Shown: positions 40,738-51,778, counted from the stretch's first letter. The stretch is DNA of 64,000 nt from Oligoflexia bacterium (GCA_014378465.1 JACMNQ010000075.1:64352-128351); one strand, 5' to 3'. The notes: generated by a model not told the origin, from the sequence alone. Made by a program: numbers and translations.

Positions 40738-41709
40738 TTACCACTTGTAGTGTCTGATGTGTTCACCGCGAACTGCAATTTCGCTCATCGATTTGATGCC
40801 GATTTCGAGCTGCAGGTCAGTGAATTTGCGGAACACCGCTTTCGCCGATTTCTTGGTCTTGATTCCGCCTCTTCTTAAGGGGAGATCGGAGACCAGCAGC
40901 AAAGCACCGATCGGAACCTTGCTTGCAAATCCTGCCACAAACAAAGCGGCGGTTTCCATCTCAATCGCCAGAGCTCGCTCTTCGTAGAGCGCGGATTTGA
41001 ATTTATCATCAAACTCCCAGAAGCGGTAATCGGTGGTGTGCACCACACCCGTCCGGTAGTCGAGACCCTTTTCGACGAGGATGTCTGAAACGAATTTCTG
41101 AATCTTGAAAGTGGGAAGCGCTGGCACCTGAGTGGGCATGAAGTGCTTGGAGACGCCTTCATCGCGGATCGCGGCGGTCGGAAGCACGAAATCGCCGACT
41201 TTGAGCGAGCGGTGAAGTCCGCCGCACATGCCGAGAAGGAGAACCGCTTTCGGATCCACTGACGCGAGAAGTTCAATGGCGATGGCGGCCATCGGCGAAC
41301 CGATCGAGAAGTCGACGATGGAAACGTCCGCACTGTCGCTGTGAACGACGGTGAGGGCGGAGCCCTGAGTCATCTCATCTCCGCAGATCGCGTTGAAGCG
41401 CTCGATGTAGTAGTTGAAGTTGGTCAGAATGATCTGTTTGCGAAACCGCTCGGGTGGGCTGCCACTGTAGCGCTCCAGCATGTCGCGAGCGATCTTGAGT
41501 TTCTTCTCGTTCGTGTAGATCCGGTTGTTATTGGGAATGATGAACGGATTGTTCGAGTAGAGGTCTTCCGTTTTCGTCGTGGCCTTGTCACTTGCGGCTT
41601 TGGAGGGGGCTGCTTCTGGAACTGTCGCCGCAGCTGACTTCACTTTTCTCTTTACAGGCTTTTTGGTTTGCACAAGAGAGAGCTTACCTATTGGATTGTG
41701 TCGAAACAA
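40738..41709 (-). CDS. amn: AMP nucleosidase (short, PNP/UDP family)
   Basis: Motifs MLERYSG...F.K.I.LTNF, GSP.AA, G.CGGL, P.AAIR.EG.S, R.WE.D, A.EME.A, LLLVSD.P. Start codon uncertain. Confidence 0.8.
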   Translation of the reverse strand: MFRHNPIGKLSLVQTKKPVKRKVKSAAATVPEAAPSKAASDKATTKTEDLYSNNPFIIPNNNRIYTNEKKLKIARDMLERYSGSPPERFRKQIILTNFNYYIERFNAICGDEMTQGSALTVVHSDSADVSIVDFSIGSPMAAIAIELLASVDPKAVLLLGMCGGLHRSLKVGDFVLPTAAIRDEGVSKHFMPTQVPALPTFKIQKFVSDILVEKGLDYRTGVVHTTDYRFWEFDDKFKSALYEERALAIEMETAALFVAGFASKVPIGALLLVSDLPLRRGGIKTKKSAKAVFRKFTDLQLEIGIKSMSEIAVRGEHIRHYKW

Positions 41710-41777
41710 GCGGGATTGTTAATGATTTAAATGTTTCTCAACCTGTAGCTCGCCGTGTTACTCTCGAGTTCAAACTT

Positions 41778-42614
41778 ATGGGTCGTTTTATTTTCGGTCT
41801 CAGCTTGATCTCGGTCACCCTGGTGGGCTTTTTTGCCTGGCAGGGGTGGCAGTATTTCAGATCCGAATTTCCCGATGTGTCCGTCCTCAAGACTCAGTAT
41901 CCGGTCGTTCACTACCTCGGACCGAAGAAACCTCCGCGAGTCACTCTCTCAAAGTCACGGCCGCCGAGTTGGGTCAGTCTCGGTCAGGTTTCGAAGGTTG
42001 GAATCGGCGCCATCGTCGTGAGTGAAGACTGGGCCTTCTATCAGCACGGGGGCTTTGATGCCCGGCAGATCAAGGAAGCCATCAAGGAAGACTGGGAAGA
42101 GGGGACTTTCGCTCGCGGTGCCAGCACCATCACTCAACAGGTCGTGAGAAACGTCTTTCTTGACAAGGACAAGAACCTCTGGCGCAAGCTCAAGGAACTC
42201 ATCCTTGCCGTCCGCATCGAAGAATCCGTCGGCAAGAGAAAGATTCTCGAGAGCTACCTCAACATCGCCGAGTGGGGTGAGGGCATCTACGGGATCAACG
42301 CCGCCACCCAATTTTATTTCAAGAAGTCCCCGATGGAACTCACGGCCCGAGAAGGTGCTTTTCTGGCCATGCTCCTGCCCAGCCCCAAACGGTACTCCCA
42401 GTCCTATCGTGCCAGACATTTGACTGAGTATGCTCAGGATACCGTCAGTGACATTCTCCACAAGATGACCCAGGCCCGTTATCTGACGGAGCAGGATCGG
42501 GATCGCGAACTTTCCTCAGCGCTGGTTTTTGAAGTCCGTCCGAATTCTGAAGTGCCATCGCTTCCGGTCCATGAGTCAGAAATGCCAATAAATAAGGCCA
42601 AAACTGCGCTTTAG
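41778..42614 (+). CDS. mtgA: Monofunctional peptidoglycan glycosyltransferase (GT51)
   Basis: Motifs EDWAFY.H.GFD, GASTITQQV..N, RKLKE, YLN.AEWG, L..MLP.P; N-terminal TM helix. Confidence 0.9.
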   Translation: MGRFIFGLSLISVTLVGFFAWQGWQYFRSEFPDVSVLKTQYPVVHYLGPKKPPRVTLSKSRPPSWVSLGQVSKVGIGAIVVSEDWAFYQHGGFDARQIKEAIKEDWEEGTFARGASTITQQVVRNVFLDKDKNLWRKLKELILAVRIEESVGKRKILESYLNIAEWGEGIYGINAATQFYFKKSPMELTAREGAFLAMLLPSPKRYSQSYRARHLTEYAQDTVSDILHKMTQARYLTEQDRDRELSSALVFEVRPNSEVPSLPVHESEMPINKAKTAL

Positions 42615-42694
42615 ATGGGCAGTTTTTACCCGCTCGCTGCAAATAGTTCATGAAAAAGTTGACCTCTGATTGGCCACTGGTCCAGAATCAAGGT

Positions 42695-43993
42695 ATGAAA
42701 CTCACCAGAGCCCGTTGTGGGGCTCTTTTTATTTTTATTGCTCTGGCCGTTCTGGGAATCTTCTACCAAAGAGGAGGTCACCCTAGTCTCACGACCGCTT
42801 TTTCATCCATTGCAGTCGCCGCCAAGCCCGTGGGCCTGACCAAGGACAACCTTTCGGAGGCTCTCGGGGGTTCCGTCGGCAAGTTCGTGCAGCTTCCGAC
42901 TGAGATGACCATGCCCGTGGACGGTGAGCAGAAGAAGACCATCATTCAGTATGCTTTTGATGCGAAACTTCAGGAAGACATGGAAGAGCTCTTCAAGAGC
43001 TACAAGCCCGACTACGGCGCCTTCGTGGCGATCGACGCGACCACCGGCCGTGTTCTTTCCATGATCAGCTACAACCATGGGGACAAAACTCGCCTGGATC
43101 ATCTGGCTCTGCGCGCAACTTTTCCGTCTGCCTCCGTTTTCAAGATGGTGACTGCGGCTGCCGTAATTTCAGAACGCAAGTTCTCAGCCGATACCCGGAT
43201 CTCCTACAATGGCGCCAATCACACGCTTTATCACTCCCAGATTCTCAAATCGAACGTCAATCGCTGGACTCACCAGATTTCCCTTCGCGAAGCTTTCGCG
43301 AAATCCGTCAACACCGTCTTTGGTCGGATCGGGGCCTATAATGTGGGTGCAGTGAGCCTGGCGGACTATGCAGGACGTTTCGGCTTCAATCGCAAGATCG
43401 CGGCGGACATTCCGATTCAGCAGGGCAAGTCCGTGATCACCAATGATCCCTGGTCCCTGGCTGAAACCGCTTCAGGCTACACTCGTGAGAACACCATGAG
43501 CCCGATGCAGGGCGCGATCATGGCCGCTGCCATCGCCAACGACGGCAACATGATGGAGCCCTATGTGGTTCAATCAGTCCATGCTCTCGATGGAACTCCC
43601 ATTTACAACGCCGAGCCAAAGCTCGCCAACACGACGGTCACCAGTGAAACCGCCGCCGAAATTCGCGCTCTCATGCGTGAGACGGTGGTGCGTGGAACTT
43701 CGAAGAAATCTTTCCGCGGCTTTTTCAAAGGCGGCTTTTCGTTTGTTGACGTCGGTGGCAAGACCGGCTCACTTCTCGGCAATGATCCCAAGGGCAAGTA
43801 CGACTGGTTCGTCGGCTACGCTCATGCGGGAACCCACCGCATCGCGATCTGCGCACTCACCGTCCATGAGAAACTCTGGCGTGTGAAGTCTTCCTACCTC
43901 GCCCGTCGCGCGATCGAATCCTACTTCAAACCGAGACTGGCCGAGCGCAACGTCGCTTCCGTCAGTCGTCAGACCCGCCGCTCCAACTACTAG
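42695..43993 (+). CDS. Transpeptidase-only penicillin-binding protein
   Basis: SxxK (SVFK), SxN (SVN) and KTG motifs; TM anchor; only a short N-terminal region. Confidence 0.85.
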   Translation: MKLTRARCGALFIFIALAVLGIFYQRGGHPSLTTAFSSIAVAAKPVGLTKDNLSEALGGSVGKFVQLPTEMTMPVDGEQKKTIIQYAFDAKLQEDMEELFKSYKPDYGAFVAIDATTGRVLSMISYNHGDKTRLDHLALRATFPSASVFKMVTAAAVISERKFSADTRISYNGANHTLYHSQILKSNVNRWTHQISLREAFAKSVNTVFGRIGAYNVGAVSLADYAGRFGFNRKIAADIPIQQGKSVITNDPWSLAETASGYTRENTMSPMQGAIMAAAIANDGNMMEPYVVQSVHALDGTPIYNAEPKLANTTVTSETAAEIRALMRETVVRGTSKKSFRGFFKGGFSFVDVGGKTGSLLGNDPKGKYDWFVGYAHAGTHRIAICALTVHEKLWRVKSSYLARRAIESYFKPRLAERNVASVSRQTRRSNY

Positions 43994-44004
43994 GGCCTGA
44001 CGTC

Positions 44005-44469
44005 TTGAAAGCTCTCATTCAACGAGTCCTTTCAGCGAAGGTGGTGGTCGAGGGAAAGGCCGTGGGAGAAATCGGTCCGGGCATTCTCACCTTCCTCGGG
44101 ATCGCGCACTCAGACACTGAGAAGGAGCTCCAGTGGCTCATCCAGAAGATCCTGAAACTCAGGATCTTTGAAGATGAGCAGTGCAAGATGAACCTTTCAC
44201 TTCTGGATCTCCAGGGTTCCAACCCCGGGGCTCAGAGCCACAGTCACCTCATTGTGAGTCAGTTCACGCTTTATGGTGATACTGCCAAGGGCAATCGCCC
44301 GAGTTTCGTGAATGCCGCGTCGCCTGCAATCGCGCAACCTCTCTATGAAAAGGCTCTGGAACTGAGCAAAGCATCGGGCGTGAAGACTCAGGGCGGGATC
44401 TTTCAAGCCGACATGAAAGTGACTTTGATCAACGATGGACCAGTGACTTTCGTCATCGAATCTGAGTAG
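44005..44469 (+). CDS. dtd: D-aminoacyl-tRNA deacylase
   Basis: Motifs IQRV, LRIF.D...KMN.S, SQFTL, GNRPSF, NDGPVT. Confidence 0.95.
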   Translation: MKALIQRVLSAKVVVEGKAVGEIGPGILTFLGIAHSDTEKELQWLIQKILKLRIFEDEQCKMNLSLLDLQGSNPGAQSHSHLIVSQFTLYGDTAKGNRPSFVNAASPAIAQPLYEKALELSKASGVKTQGGIFQADMKVTLINDGPVTFVIESE

Positions 44470-44477
44470 ATCAACAC

Positions 44478-45452
44478 ATGACCGTTCATGTTCCCATTCT
44501 CGTGGAGCCCATCGTGCAGGCGATGATCGAAGCGCTGCAAGCTCTCCCTGAGGGAACTCCTCCGCACTGGGTGGTGGACTGCACTTTTGGAGGCGGCGGA
44601 CACACGGATGCGTTTCTGAAGGCCATCGCCGCGGAACCGAAGATCGCCCACCACAAGGTTCTGGGAGTCGACCAGGATGAGAGTGCCGTGTCCAGAGGGC
44701 ACGAGCGTTTCGCGAAGGAGATCTCTGGAGATCGCCTCAAGATCGTGCACCGCCGATTCAGTGAACTTTCCGAAGAGGACCTTGCCGGTCGCTCGGTCGC
44801 CTATCTCCTGGCGGATCTCGGGTTCTCCAGTGATCAGCTCGAGGACTCCGAAAGAGGGCTGAGTTTTCAGTCCAATGGTCCGCTCGACATGAGACTCGAC
44901 CCCAGCCGGGGAGTGAGCTGCCGGGACTATCTCTTCAACGTGACGGAACAGGAACTCGTGGAAATCCTCCAGAATCTGGGCGAAGAGCGCTTTTCGCGTC
45001 GTATCGCCCACGCCATCATTTCAAAACGGCGTGAAAGTGCCATGCCCAAAACCACCCGTGAACTCGCCGACCTCATCGTTCATTCGGTACCCCCCGAAGC
45101 ACGACGGGGTCGGATCCATGCGGCGACTCGCACTTTTCAGGCACTGAGAATAGTTGTGAATCAGGAGCTGGAAGAGCTCGATAAGCTCCTGAGCCGTGTT
45201 ATACTTTTCGTACGACCCGGAGGAAGAGTCGCGATCATCAGTTTTCACTCTCTCGAGGATCGAAAGGTGAAACAGACTTTCAAAGGCGAATCGGATTTTG
45301 AACAGCTGACCAAGAAGCCCATCGAAGCCGATGAAGTTGAAGTCAGTCGCAATCCGAGATCTCGCAGTGCAAAGTTGAGGATTGCTGAAAGAACCATTCC
45401 GGGTGAGCCGATCAGAAAGTCTGAACGGAAGAGAATGGGAAAATTTTCATGA
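44478..45452 (+). CDS. rsmH: 16S rRNA m4C1402 methyltransferase
   Basis: Motifs DCTFGGGGH, DLG.SS.QL, GPLDMR, AT.TFQALRI.VN.EL, FHSLEDR, NPRSRSAKLR. Confidence 0.96.
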   Translation: MTVHVPILVEPIVQAMIEALQALPEGTPPHWVVDCTFGGGGHTDAFLKAIAAEPKIAHHKVLGVDQDESAVSRGHERFAKEISGDRLKIVHRRFSELSEEDLAGRSVAYLLADLGFSSDQLEDSERGLSFQSNGPLDMRLDPSRGVSCRDYLFNVTEQELVEILQNLGEERFSRRIAHAIISKRRESAMPKTTRELADLIVHSVPPEARRGRIHAATRTFQALRIVVNQELEELDKLLSRVILFVRPGGRVAIISFHSLEDRKVKQTFKGESDFEQLTKKPIEADEVEVSRNPRSRSAKLRIAERTIPGEPIRKSERKRMGKFS

Positions 45453-45715
45453 AGAAAAACCGCAAAATTCCTCTCTGGACCATCCCGATGGTGATCGCCA
45501 TGGCGACGCTCACCGTCTGGCTTCGATTGACGATTGTTCGCACGACGTACACCATCACTCAGACGGACAAGATGATTTCCAACATGCAGCATGAACGCGA
45601 AAAGGCGAGCATGCGAGTCTCCGGCCTCAGGTCCCCGCGCCGCCTGGAGCTTCTGGCACGTACCAAGTTCAACCTCGATCAACCCCGCGCTGATCAGGTG
45701 GTGCACCTCAAATGA
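45449..45715 (+). CDS. ftsL: Cell division protein FtsL
   Basis: Lies between rsmH and ftsI; single TM helix, coiled coil, L.SP.RLE..AR. Confidence 0.8.
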   Translation: MKKNRKIPLWTIPMVIAMATLTVWLRLTIVRTTYTITQTDKMISNMQHEREKASMRVSGLRSPRRLELLARTKFNLDQPRADQVVHLK

Positions 45716-47775
45716 AACAGAGAATCACGGTCATCATGGTCGGATGTCTTCTGCTGGCGACAGGCGTGATGAGTCGCGCCGCCTACATTCAGCTCATCGG
45801 CGACCCGAAGCTGAACGGGATGGCGAAGCGTCAGTTCAGTTCTCGAGTGCTCGTGAAGCCTCGCCGCGGCCTGGTGCTCGACCGAAACGGTGAGCCTCTC
45901 GCCATCAATCTCGAAGTGCAGAGTCTGGCCGCAAATCCCTCAAAAATTCAGAACAAGAAGACCATGGCACGGCTTCTGGCCAAAGCGACGGGTCTGCCGT
46001 ATTCGAAGATCTACAATCGCCTGAAAGACCCCAAGCGTGAATTTGTCTGGATCAAAAGACACATTCAGGACCAGGAGCTCGAGCGTTTCAAGAAATGGCA
46101 GATCATCGATCCGAGCGGCGACCTCATGAGCGGGCTCTGGATGGTCAAGGAAAGTGAACGTGCCTATCCTCACGGAGAACTTGCCGCGCACGTGCTTGGA
46201 AACGTCAATCTCGACACTGAAGGAGTCGAAGGCGTTGAACTCTGGGGCAATGAGCAACTGCAGGGCAAAGTGGTTTCAGTCGCTGCCATCCGCGATGCTC
46301 TTGGGCGCCCGACATTCATGGACGCGGTTGCCGCCAAGGACGCCAAGGACGGGGAGTCGATCACTCTGACACTCGATTCGTCCCTTCAGTTCTCCGTTGA
46401 ACAGGAACTCAAGCATGCCGTGACCAAATCCAACGCGAAGGCCGGCTCCGTGATCGTCATGGACGCCACCACCGGAGAGATTCTCGCGATGGCCAACGAA
46501 CCGAGTTTCAATCCGAACAACCGGGGCGCCCCGCTGGATCATCGCCGCAACCGAGTCTTGACCGATGGCTACGAGCCTGGCTCGATCATGAAGCCGTTCC
46601 TTGTCGCCAGTGCTCTGAGCAATGGTTGGAAACTCACGGATACGGTTTACGGTGAAAAAGGAAGCTTCTACGTTCAGGGAAAGAAAATTTCGGAAGCTGA
46701 GGCCAAGGAAAAGTTTGAATGGATCAACCTGAAGAAAGTCATTCAAGTCTCCAGCAACGTTGGAGCGGCCAAAATCGCACTGAAACTCGGCGCAGACAAA
46801 TATCTCGCCACACTCAAGGCGCTTGAGATCGGCAGCAAGAGCGGGATCGGCTTCCCTGGCGAAATTTCGGGCAGAATTCCTCCGCGCAAGAGCTGGACTC
46901 CTCTGACTCTTGCCAATATCGGATTTGGTCAAGGGGTGCTCGTCACTCCGATCCAGATGCTTCGCGGATACGCCGCTCTGGCCAATGGCGGCTGGCTCGT
47001 GCAGCCAACTCTTCTGAAGAGTTCCTTCTCGAAATTCACTCCGACTCCTCCCGTGCGGGTTTTCACCCAGCAAGTGGCCGACGGCGTCACTCAGGCGATG
47101 GAGCTCGTGACCCAGGAGGGCGGCACCGCGAAGAAAGCTGCGCTGGATGGCTATGTCGTCGCGGGCAAGACCGGAACCGCTCAGATGGTGGATCCGGCCA
47201 CGGGTGGCTATTCCCGTTCCAAGCACATCTCTTCCTTCATCGGTTATCCAGTCGGAGTTGAGCCTCGTCTCGTGATCTTCACGCAGATCGCGGAACCCCA
47301 GGGAATTTACTTCGCAGGTGAAACCGCGGCCCCCCTGTTTCACGCCGTACTCAATGCAGCAGCGACTCGTTTCAGTATCCCAAGCGCCTCGGATGGCTCT
47401 CGCACTCTTGCATCGGTCAACGCTCCGACCAGGATGGCCAAGTCTCTTTCCAAGATCACTGGAAAGAAAGAGGCTCCCGCAGCCATGCGAACGATCAGTC
47501 TTGAGGAGCTCGATTCAAATGACAACATTCGCTGGAGCGCGGCTGAGACCCAGAATCCCGTGCAGATGGAAAGCACCACTCCAGGTGGGGCCACTTCATG
47601 GAAGATGCCAGGACTTCTGGGATTGACCGCGCGCGAGGCACTGCGCTCTCTGCAGGGACACAAATTCCAGATTGCCCTTCACGGCGCCGGAATCATTCAG
47701 TCCCAGTCACCTGAAGAAGGAAAAGAAATCGCGGACGGCAGCACCGTGCGCCTGCAGATGGCGGAACCGCTCTGA
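45712..47775 (+). CDS. ftsI: Septal transpeptidase PBP3 with C-terminal PASTA domain
   Basis: Motifs RG..LDRNG..LA, EPGSIMK, SSNVG, GKTGTAQ; PASTA-like C-terminus. Confidence 0.92.
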   Translation: MKQRITVIMVGCLLLATGVMSRAAYIQLIGDPKLNGMAKRQFSSRVLVKPRRGLVLDRNGEPLAINLEVQSLAANPSKIQNKKTMARLLAKATGLPYSKIYNRLKDPKREFVWIKRHIQDQELERFKKWQIIDPSGDLMSGLWMVKESERAYPHGELAAHVLGNVNLDTEGVEGVELWGNEQLQGKVVSVAAIRDALGRPTFMDAVAAKDAKDGESITLTLDSSLQFSVEQELKHAVTKSNAKAGSVIVMDATTGEILAMANEPSFNPNNRGAPLDHRRNRVLTDGYEPGSIMKPFLVASALSNGWKLTDTVYGEKGSFYVQGKKISEAEAKEKFEWINLKKVIQVSSNVGAAKIALKLGADKYLATLKALEIGSKSGIGFPGEISGRIPPRKSWTPLTLANIGFGQGVLVTPIQMLRGYAALANGGWLVQPTLLKSSFSKFTPTPPVRVFTQQVADGVTQAMELVTQEGGTAKKAALDGYVVAGKTGTAQMVDPATGGYSRSKHISSFIGYPVGVEPRLVIFTQIAEPQGIYFAGETAAPLFHAVLNAAATRFSIPSASDGSRTLASVNAPTRMAKSLSKITGKKEAPAAMRTISLEELDSNDNIRWSAAETQNPVQMESTTPGGATSWKMPGLLGLTAREALRSLQGHKFQIALHGAGIIQSQSPEEGKEIADGSTVRLQMAEPL

Positions 47776-49283
47776 TGTCCTCAGCGAAGACCTTGGGCGA
47801 CTTGCTCTCGCAACTCGACCGGGACAACTGGGTCTCGGATGCGACAGGACTTTTCAAGAACGCTCAGGCCATATCCAGGGTGACGTCCGATTCCCGACAG
47901 GTCGGGCCCGGAACCCTGTTCATTGCAGTTCACGGTGTGAGCCAGGATGGACATCGGTTTCTTGAGCCGGCATTCAAGTCTGGAGCAGTTCTGGCGATCG
48001 GTCAGAACGCGCACGATCACCCGAACTACCTCCAGGTGAAGGACTCGCGCGAAACACTGGCCCAGCTCGCGGCAGAACTTCATGGCAACCCGTCTCACTC
48101 ACTGCTCATGGTCGGTGTGACCGGAACCAGTGGCAAGACGACCACGACGTACATCATCGAGTCCATACTCAAGGCCGCAGGCCACTGCGTGGGGGTCATC
48201 GGTACCGTCAATTTCAGAATCGGTGAAGAAATCCTGCCGTCGACACACACGACTCCGGGAGCAGTGGAGTTGCAGGAACTTCTTGAGCAGATGAAAATCA
48301 AAGGCTGCACTGCGGTCGTGATGGAAGTTTCGTCTCACGCCCTCAAACAGAAGAGAACGGCGGCACTCGCTTTCGACGGAGTCATCTTCACCAATCTTTC
48401 GCCCGAGCATCTGGATTTTCACCCGCACATGGAAGATTATTTCGCCTCGAAGTCGATTCTGTTCTTCGATCAGATGCAGAGGTCACGCCTTGCCGGCAAG
48501 ACTCCATTTGCGGCCGTGAACGTGGATGATCATTACGGCGAGCGACTTGCGGAGTCGCTGAGTTCAGTCCCAAGTCCCGTGCTCCATGGTTTTCGAGTCA
48601 CTTCTGAAGTCACGGTCGGCCTCGAAGGTATCTGTGGCGTCTATCAGGGCATTCCCTTTCAGTCTGAACTGGTGGGCGGTTTCAATGCTTCGAACATTCT
48701 TGGTGCCTTGTGTGTCTGCCGAGGCATCGGAATCTCCGCTGAAGCCATCACGGAAGGGATCCGCTCACTTCCCTGCGTGCCTGGACGACTGGAAAAAGTT
48801 CCTGCATCCAAAGGGCGTACCATTCTCATCGATTACGCCCATAAGCCGGATGCTCTGGAGAAAGTCCTCAGTGTGCTTGAAGCGATCAAGGGGAGTGGAA
48901 AGCTCATCACTGTTTTCGGTTGCGGTGGCGACCGGGATCGCACGAAACGCCCGCTCATGGGGAAAATCGCCGTTCAGCTCTCCGATCAGGTTTTCATCAC
49001 CTCGGACAATCCCCGAACTGAAAATCCGGAAACCATCATTGCGGAAATCTTGCATGGCACGAACGGCCAAAGTGAAAGCAGCACCCCGGTGCACGTCGAG
49101 ATCGATAGGAAAAAAGCCATATTCATGGCGGTTCAGGCTTCCAGGCCGGGTGACATCATTCTGATCGCGGGCAAGGGACACGAAGACTACCAGATCATCG
49201 CTGACCCCACGACCCCGGGGGGAGTGCGCAAGATTCATCTGGATGATCGAGAAATCGCGTCTGAAGCGTTGCAATTTCTTTGA
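47775..49283 (+). CDS. murE: UDP-MurNAc-tripeptide synthetase (meso-DAP type)
   Basis: Motifs GVTGTSGKTT, MEVSSH, DYAH.PD, FGCGGDRD..KRP.MG, DNPR, AGKGHE. Confidence 0.96.
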   Translation: MSSAKTLGDLLSQLDRDNWVSDATGLFKNAQAISRVTSDSRQVGPGTLFIAVHGVSQDGHRFLEPAFKSGAVLAIGQNAHDHPNYLQVKDSRETLAQLAAELHGNPSHSLLMVGVTGTSGKTTTTYIIESILKAAGHCVGVIGTVNFRIGEEILPSTHTTPGAVELQELLEQMKIKGCTAVVMEVSSHALKQKRTAALAFDGVIFTNLSPEHLDFHPHMEDYFASKSILFFDQMQRSRLAGKTPFAAVNVDDHYGERLAESLSSVPSPVLHGFRVTSEVTVGLEGICGVYQGIPFQSELVGGFNASNILGALCVCRGIGISAEAITEGIRSLPCVPGRLEKVPASKGRTILIDYAHKPDALEKVLSVLEAIKGSGKLITVFGCGGDRDRTKRPLMGKIAVQLSDQVFITSDNPRTENPETIIAEILHGTNGQSESSTPVHVEIDRKKAIFMAVQASRPGDIILIAGKGHEDYQIIADPTTPGGVRKIHLDDREIASEALQFL

Positions 49284-49309
49284 CACGAGTTTTTAAAATT
49301 CTGTAGCAT
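49280..49309 (+). promoter_or_regulatory. Internal sigma-70 promoter for mraY (likely leaderless transcript)
   Basis: TTGACA-N18-TAGCAT with ATG 7 nt downstream and no Shine-Dalgarno. Confidence 0.5.
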
Positions 49310-49316
49310 CTCGGTC

Positions 49317-50390
49317 ATGCTTCTTTATTTGCTCTATCCGCTCCACACGGAATATTCAGCGTTGAATGTCTTCAAGTACATCACTTTCAGGACGTTTGGC
49401 GCGAGCATCACCGCGGTCCTTTTTTCGATGATGATCGGACCCGCTTTCATCCGCCTTCTTCAGAAGATGCAGATGGGTCAGGTCATTCGTACGGATGGAC
49501 CGCAGTCTCATCTGTCCAAAAAGGGCACTCCCACCATGGGTGGCGGACTCATTCTCATTTCAATCGCATTTTCCACTCTGCTCTGGTCCGATCTCGCCAA
49601 TCGTTCAGTCTGGATCTGTCTGCTTACCACGCTTGCGACCGGTGTCGTCGGATTCATCGATGATTATCTCAAAGTCGTGCGCAAGAACCCAAAAGGTCTC
49701 TCTGGCAAGAAGAAGCTTCTCGGCCAGGGCATCATTTCCTTTTTTGCAGCTTACGCGATTTACAAATTCGGAGAGCCCGCCACTCTCGCGTTTCCCTTCT
49801 TCAAGGGTTGGAGCATCGAGCTCGGGATGTTCTACATTCCCTTCGCGATGTTCGTGATTATCGGAGCATCCAACGCGGTTAATCTGACCGATGGCCTGGA
49901 TGGGCTCGCAGTCGGACCCACGATCACCACCTCCGTCACTTTTCTGATTTTAGCTTACTGCGCCGGAAATATCAAAATTGCGGAGTACCTCCAGATCCCT
50001 CATATCGTGGGCTCAGGCGAGCTTTCGATCTTTTTAGGCTCTGTGGCCGCGAGTTGCCTCGGCTTTCTCTGGTTCAACACCTATCCCGCTCAGGTCTTCA
50101 TGGGTGACGTGGGCGCTTTGGCCCTGGGCGCAGCCCTCGGGATCGTCGCGGTCATCACAAAAAATGAGATACTGCTTGCACTCTGTGGCGGAATTTTCGT
50201 AATGGAAGCACTCTCGGTGATGGCTCAGGTTGCTTCTTTCAAACTGACCGGAAAACGCGTTTTTAAAATGGCTCCGATTCACCATCACTTTGAACTCAAA
50301 GGGTGGGCGGAACCAAAAGTGATCGTTCGTTTTTGGATTATATCGGTTCTGTTGGCTCTGGCGACATTATCGACCCTTAAGTTGAGGTAA
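49317..50390 (+). CDS. mraY: Phospho-MurNAc-pentapeptide translocase
   Basis: Motifs K.GTPTMGG, DDY.K, NAVNLTDGLDG, FMGDVG, MAPIHHHFE. Confidence 0.97.
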   Translation: MLLYLLYPLHTEYSALNVFKYITFRTFGASITAVLFSMMIGPAFIRLLQKMQMGQVIRTDGPQSHLSKKGTPTMGGGLILISIAFSTLLWSDLANRSVWICLLTTLATGVVGFIDDYLKVVRKNPKGLSGKKKLLGQGIISFFAAYAIYKFGEPATLAFPFFKGWSIELGMFYIPFAMFVIIGASNAVNLTDGLDGLAVGPTITTSVTFLILAYCAGNIKIAEYLQIPHIVGSGELSIFLGSVAASCLGFLWFNTYPAQVFMGDVGALALGAALGIVAVITKNEILLALCGGIFVMEALSVMAQVASFKLTGKRVFKMAPIHHHFELKGWAEPKVIVRFWIISVLLALATLSTLKLR

Positions 50391-50395
50391 GTGTC

Positions 50396-51778
50396 ATGAG
50401 CAAGTACAAAGGTAAGAAAGTTCTCATCGTCGGCTTCGGACTCTCAGGAGTTGCAGTCGCCCGTTACATGGCCAAGCAGGGAGCCAAAGTCACGGTCACT
50501 GACATGAAGCAGAAAAGTGAACTCGCTGACTCCGTGAACGCCTGTGCAGAACTCAAGATCGAATACGAACTGGGCAAGTTCAATCCACTCACTTTCCGCG
50601 CAGCTGAACTCATCGTGGTCAGCCCAGGCGTCCCGCTCAGCACCAAGCCCCTCGACGAAGCCCGCGAAGCCAACATCCCGATCACCAGCGAAGTCGAACT
50701 CGCTGCCAGCGCTCTCAAGGAGCCTTTGATCGCGATCACCGGCACCAATGGCAAGACCACCACGACCACTCTCATCGGTGAAATGTTCAAAGCCGATGAC
50801 AAGCCGGTTTATGTGGGCGGTAACATCGGCAAGCCCCTCATCGATCACATCAGTGATGGCAGCCGCGTCGACGCAGTCGTCGCCGAGCTTTCCAGTTTTC
50901 AGCTCGAACTGACTGAGAAGCTCGTTCCCGCAGTCGCAGTGTTCACCAACATCGAAGAAGATCATCTGGACCGTTACCCGGACATGAACGGGTACATCGA
51001 AGCCAAAAAGAAGCTCCTCAAGGCCTGCGACAAGAACAGCTATGTCGTTCTCAATTACGACAACGCCAACGTCGCCAAATTCGCTCAGGAAACCTCCGGC
51101 AAGGTCATGTGGTTCACCAAGCAGGACCCGCTCAAGATCGGTGGAGAGTTCGCTGAAAATTTCTACGGCTGTTATTTCAGAGCGGCCGACAAGCAGGTCA
51201 TTGCCAAAGTCACCGGCAAAGAAGAAATCTACGACGTTTCCCAGCTCCGCATCTTCGGCGATCACAACAAGGAAAATCTGATGGCCGCGATCTGCACCGC
51301 ACGCGCCATGGGTGTTTCGCCGAAAGCGATCCAGCACGTCATCAACAATTTCAAGGGTGTCGCCCACCGCCTTGAGTTCGTTCGCCGCAAGGACGGAGTC
51401 TACTTCTTCAATGACTCCAAGGGCACGAATGTCATGAGCGTTCAGAGGAGTCTCGGCGCGTTCACTTCCAACCCGATCATCCTGATCGCCGGTGGAAAAG
51501 ACAAGAACATGGACTTTGCTCCACTCGTTCCTTACGTGCAGCAGCGCTGCAAGGTTCTGATTCTGCTGGGCGAAGCCAAAGAGAAAATCAACCGCGCAAT
51601 CGGTGATTTTTCGGAAACCTACCTGGTAGGCACTTTCGAAGAAGCGGTTCTGCTCGCTTATCAGAAGTCCCGGAGCGGAGACATCATCCTGCTGTCTCCA
51701 GGCTGCTCAAGCTTCGACATGTTCCGTAACTACGAGGAGCGGGGCGATTACTTCAAAAAGCTCGTCACCCAACTCTAA
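50396..51778 (+). CDS. murD: UDP-MurNAc-L-Ala:D-Glu ligase
   Basis: Motifs VSPGVP, ITGTNGKTTT, ELSSFQLE, DHLDRY, NDSKGTN, LSPGCSSFD.F.NYEERG. Confidence 0.97.
   Translation: MSKYKGKKVLIVGFGLSGVAVARYMAKQGAKVTVTDMKQKSELADSVNACAELKIEYELGKFNPLTFRAAELIVVSPGVPLSTKPLDEAREANIPITSEVELAASALKEPLIAITGTNGKTTTTTLIGEMFKADDKPVYVGGNIGKPLIDHISDGSRVDAVVAELSSFQLELTEKLVPAVAVFTNIEEDHLDRYPDMNGYIEAKKKLLKACDKNSYVVLNYDNANVAKFAQETSGKVMWFTKQDPLKIGGEFAENFYGCYFRAADKQVIAKVTGKEEIYDVSQLRIFGDHNKENLMAAICTARAMGVSPKAIQHVINNFKGVAHRLEFVRRKDGVYFFNDSKGTNVMSVQRSLGAFTSNPIILIAGGKDKNMDFAPLVPYVQQRCKVLILLGEAKEKINRAIGDFSETYLVGTFEEAVLLAYQKSRSGDIILLSPGCSSFDMFRNYEERGDYFKKLVTQL

Noticed and set aside
46276-47343. Long antisense ORFs over ftsI (similar ones over murD, clpB, hutH and the M16 genes)
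   Set aside because: Shadow ORFs of strongly biased real genes, with no recognisable motifs.
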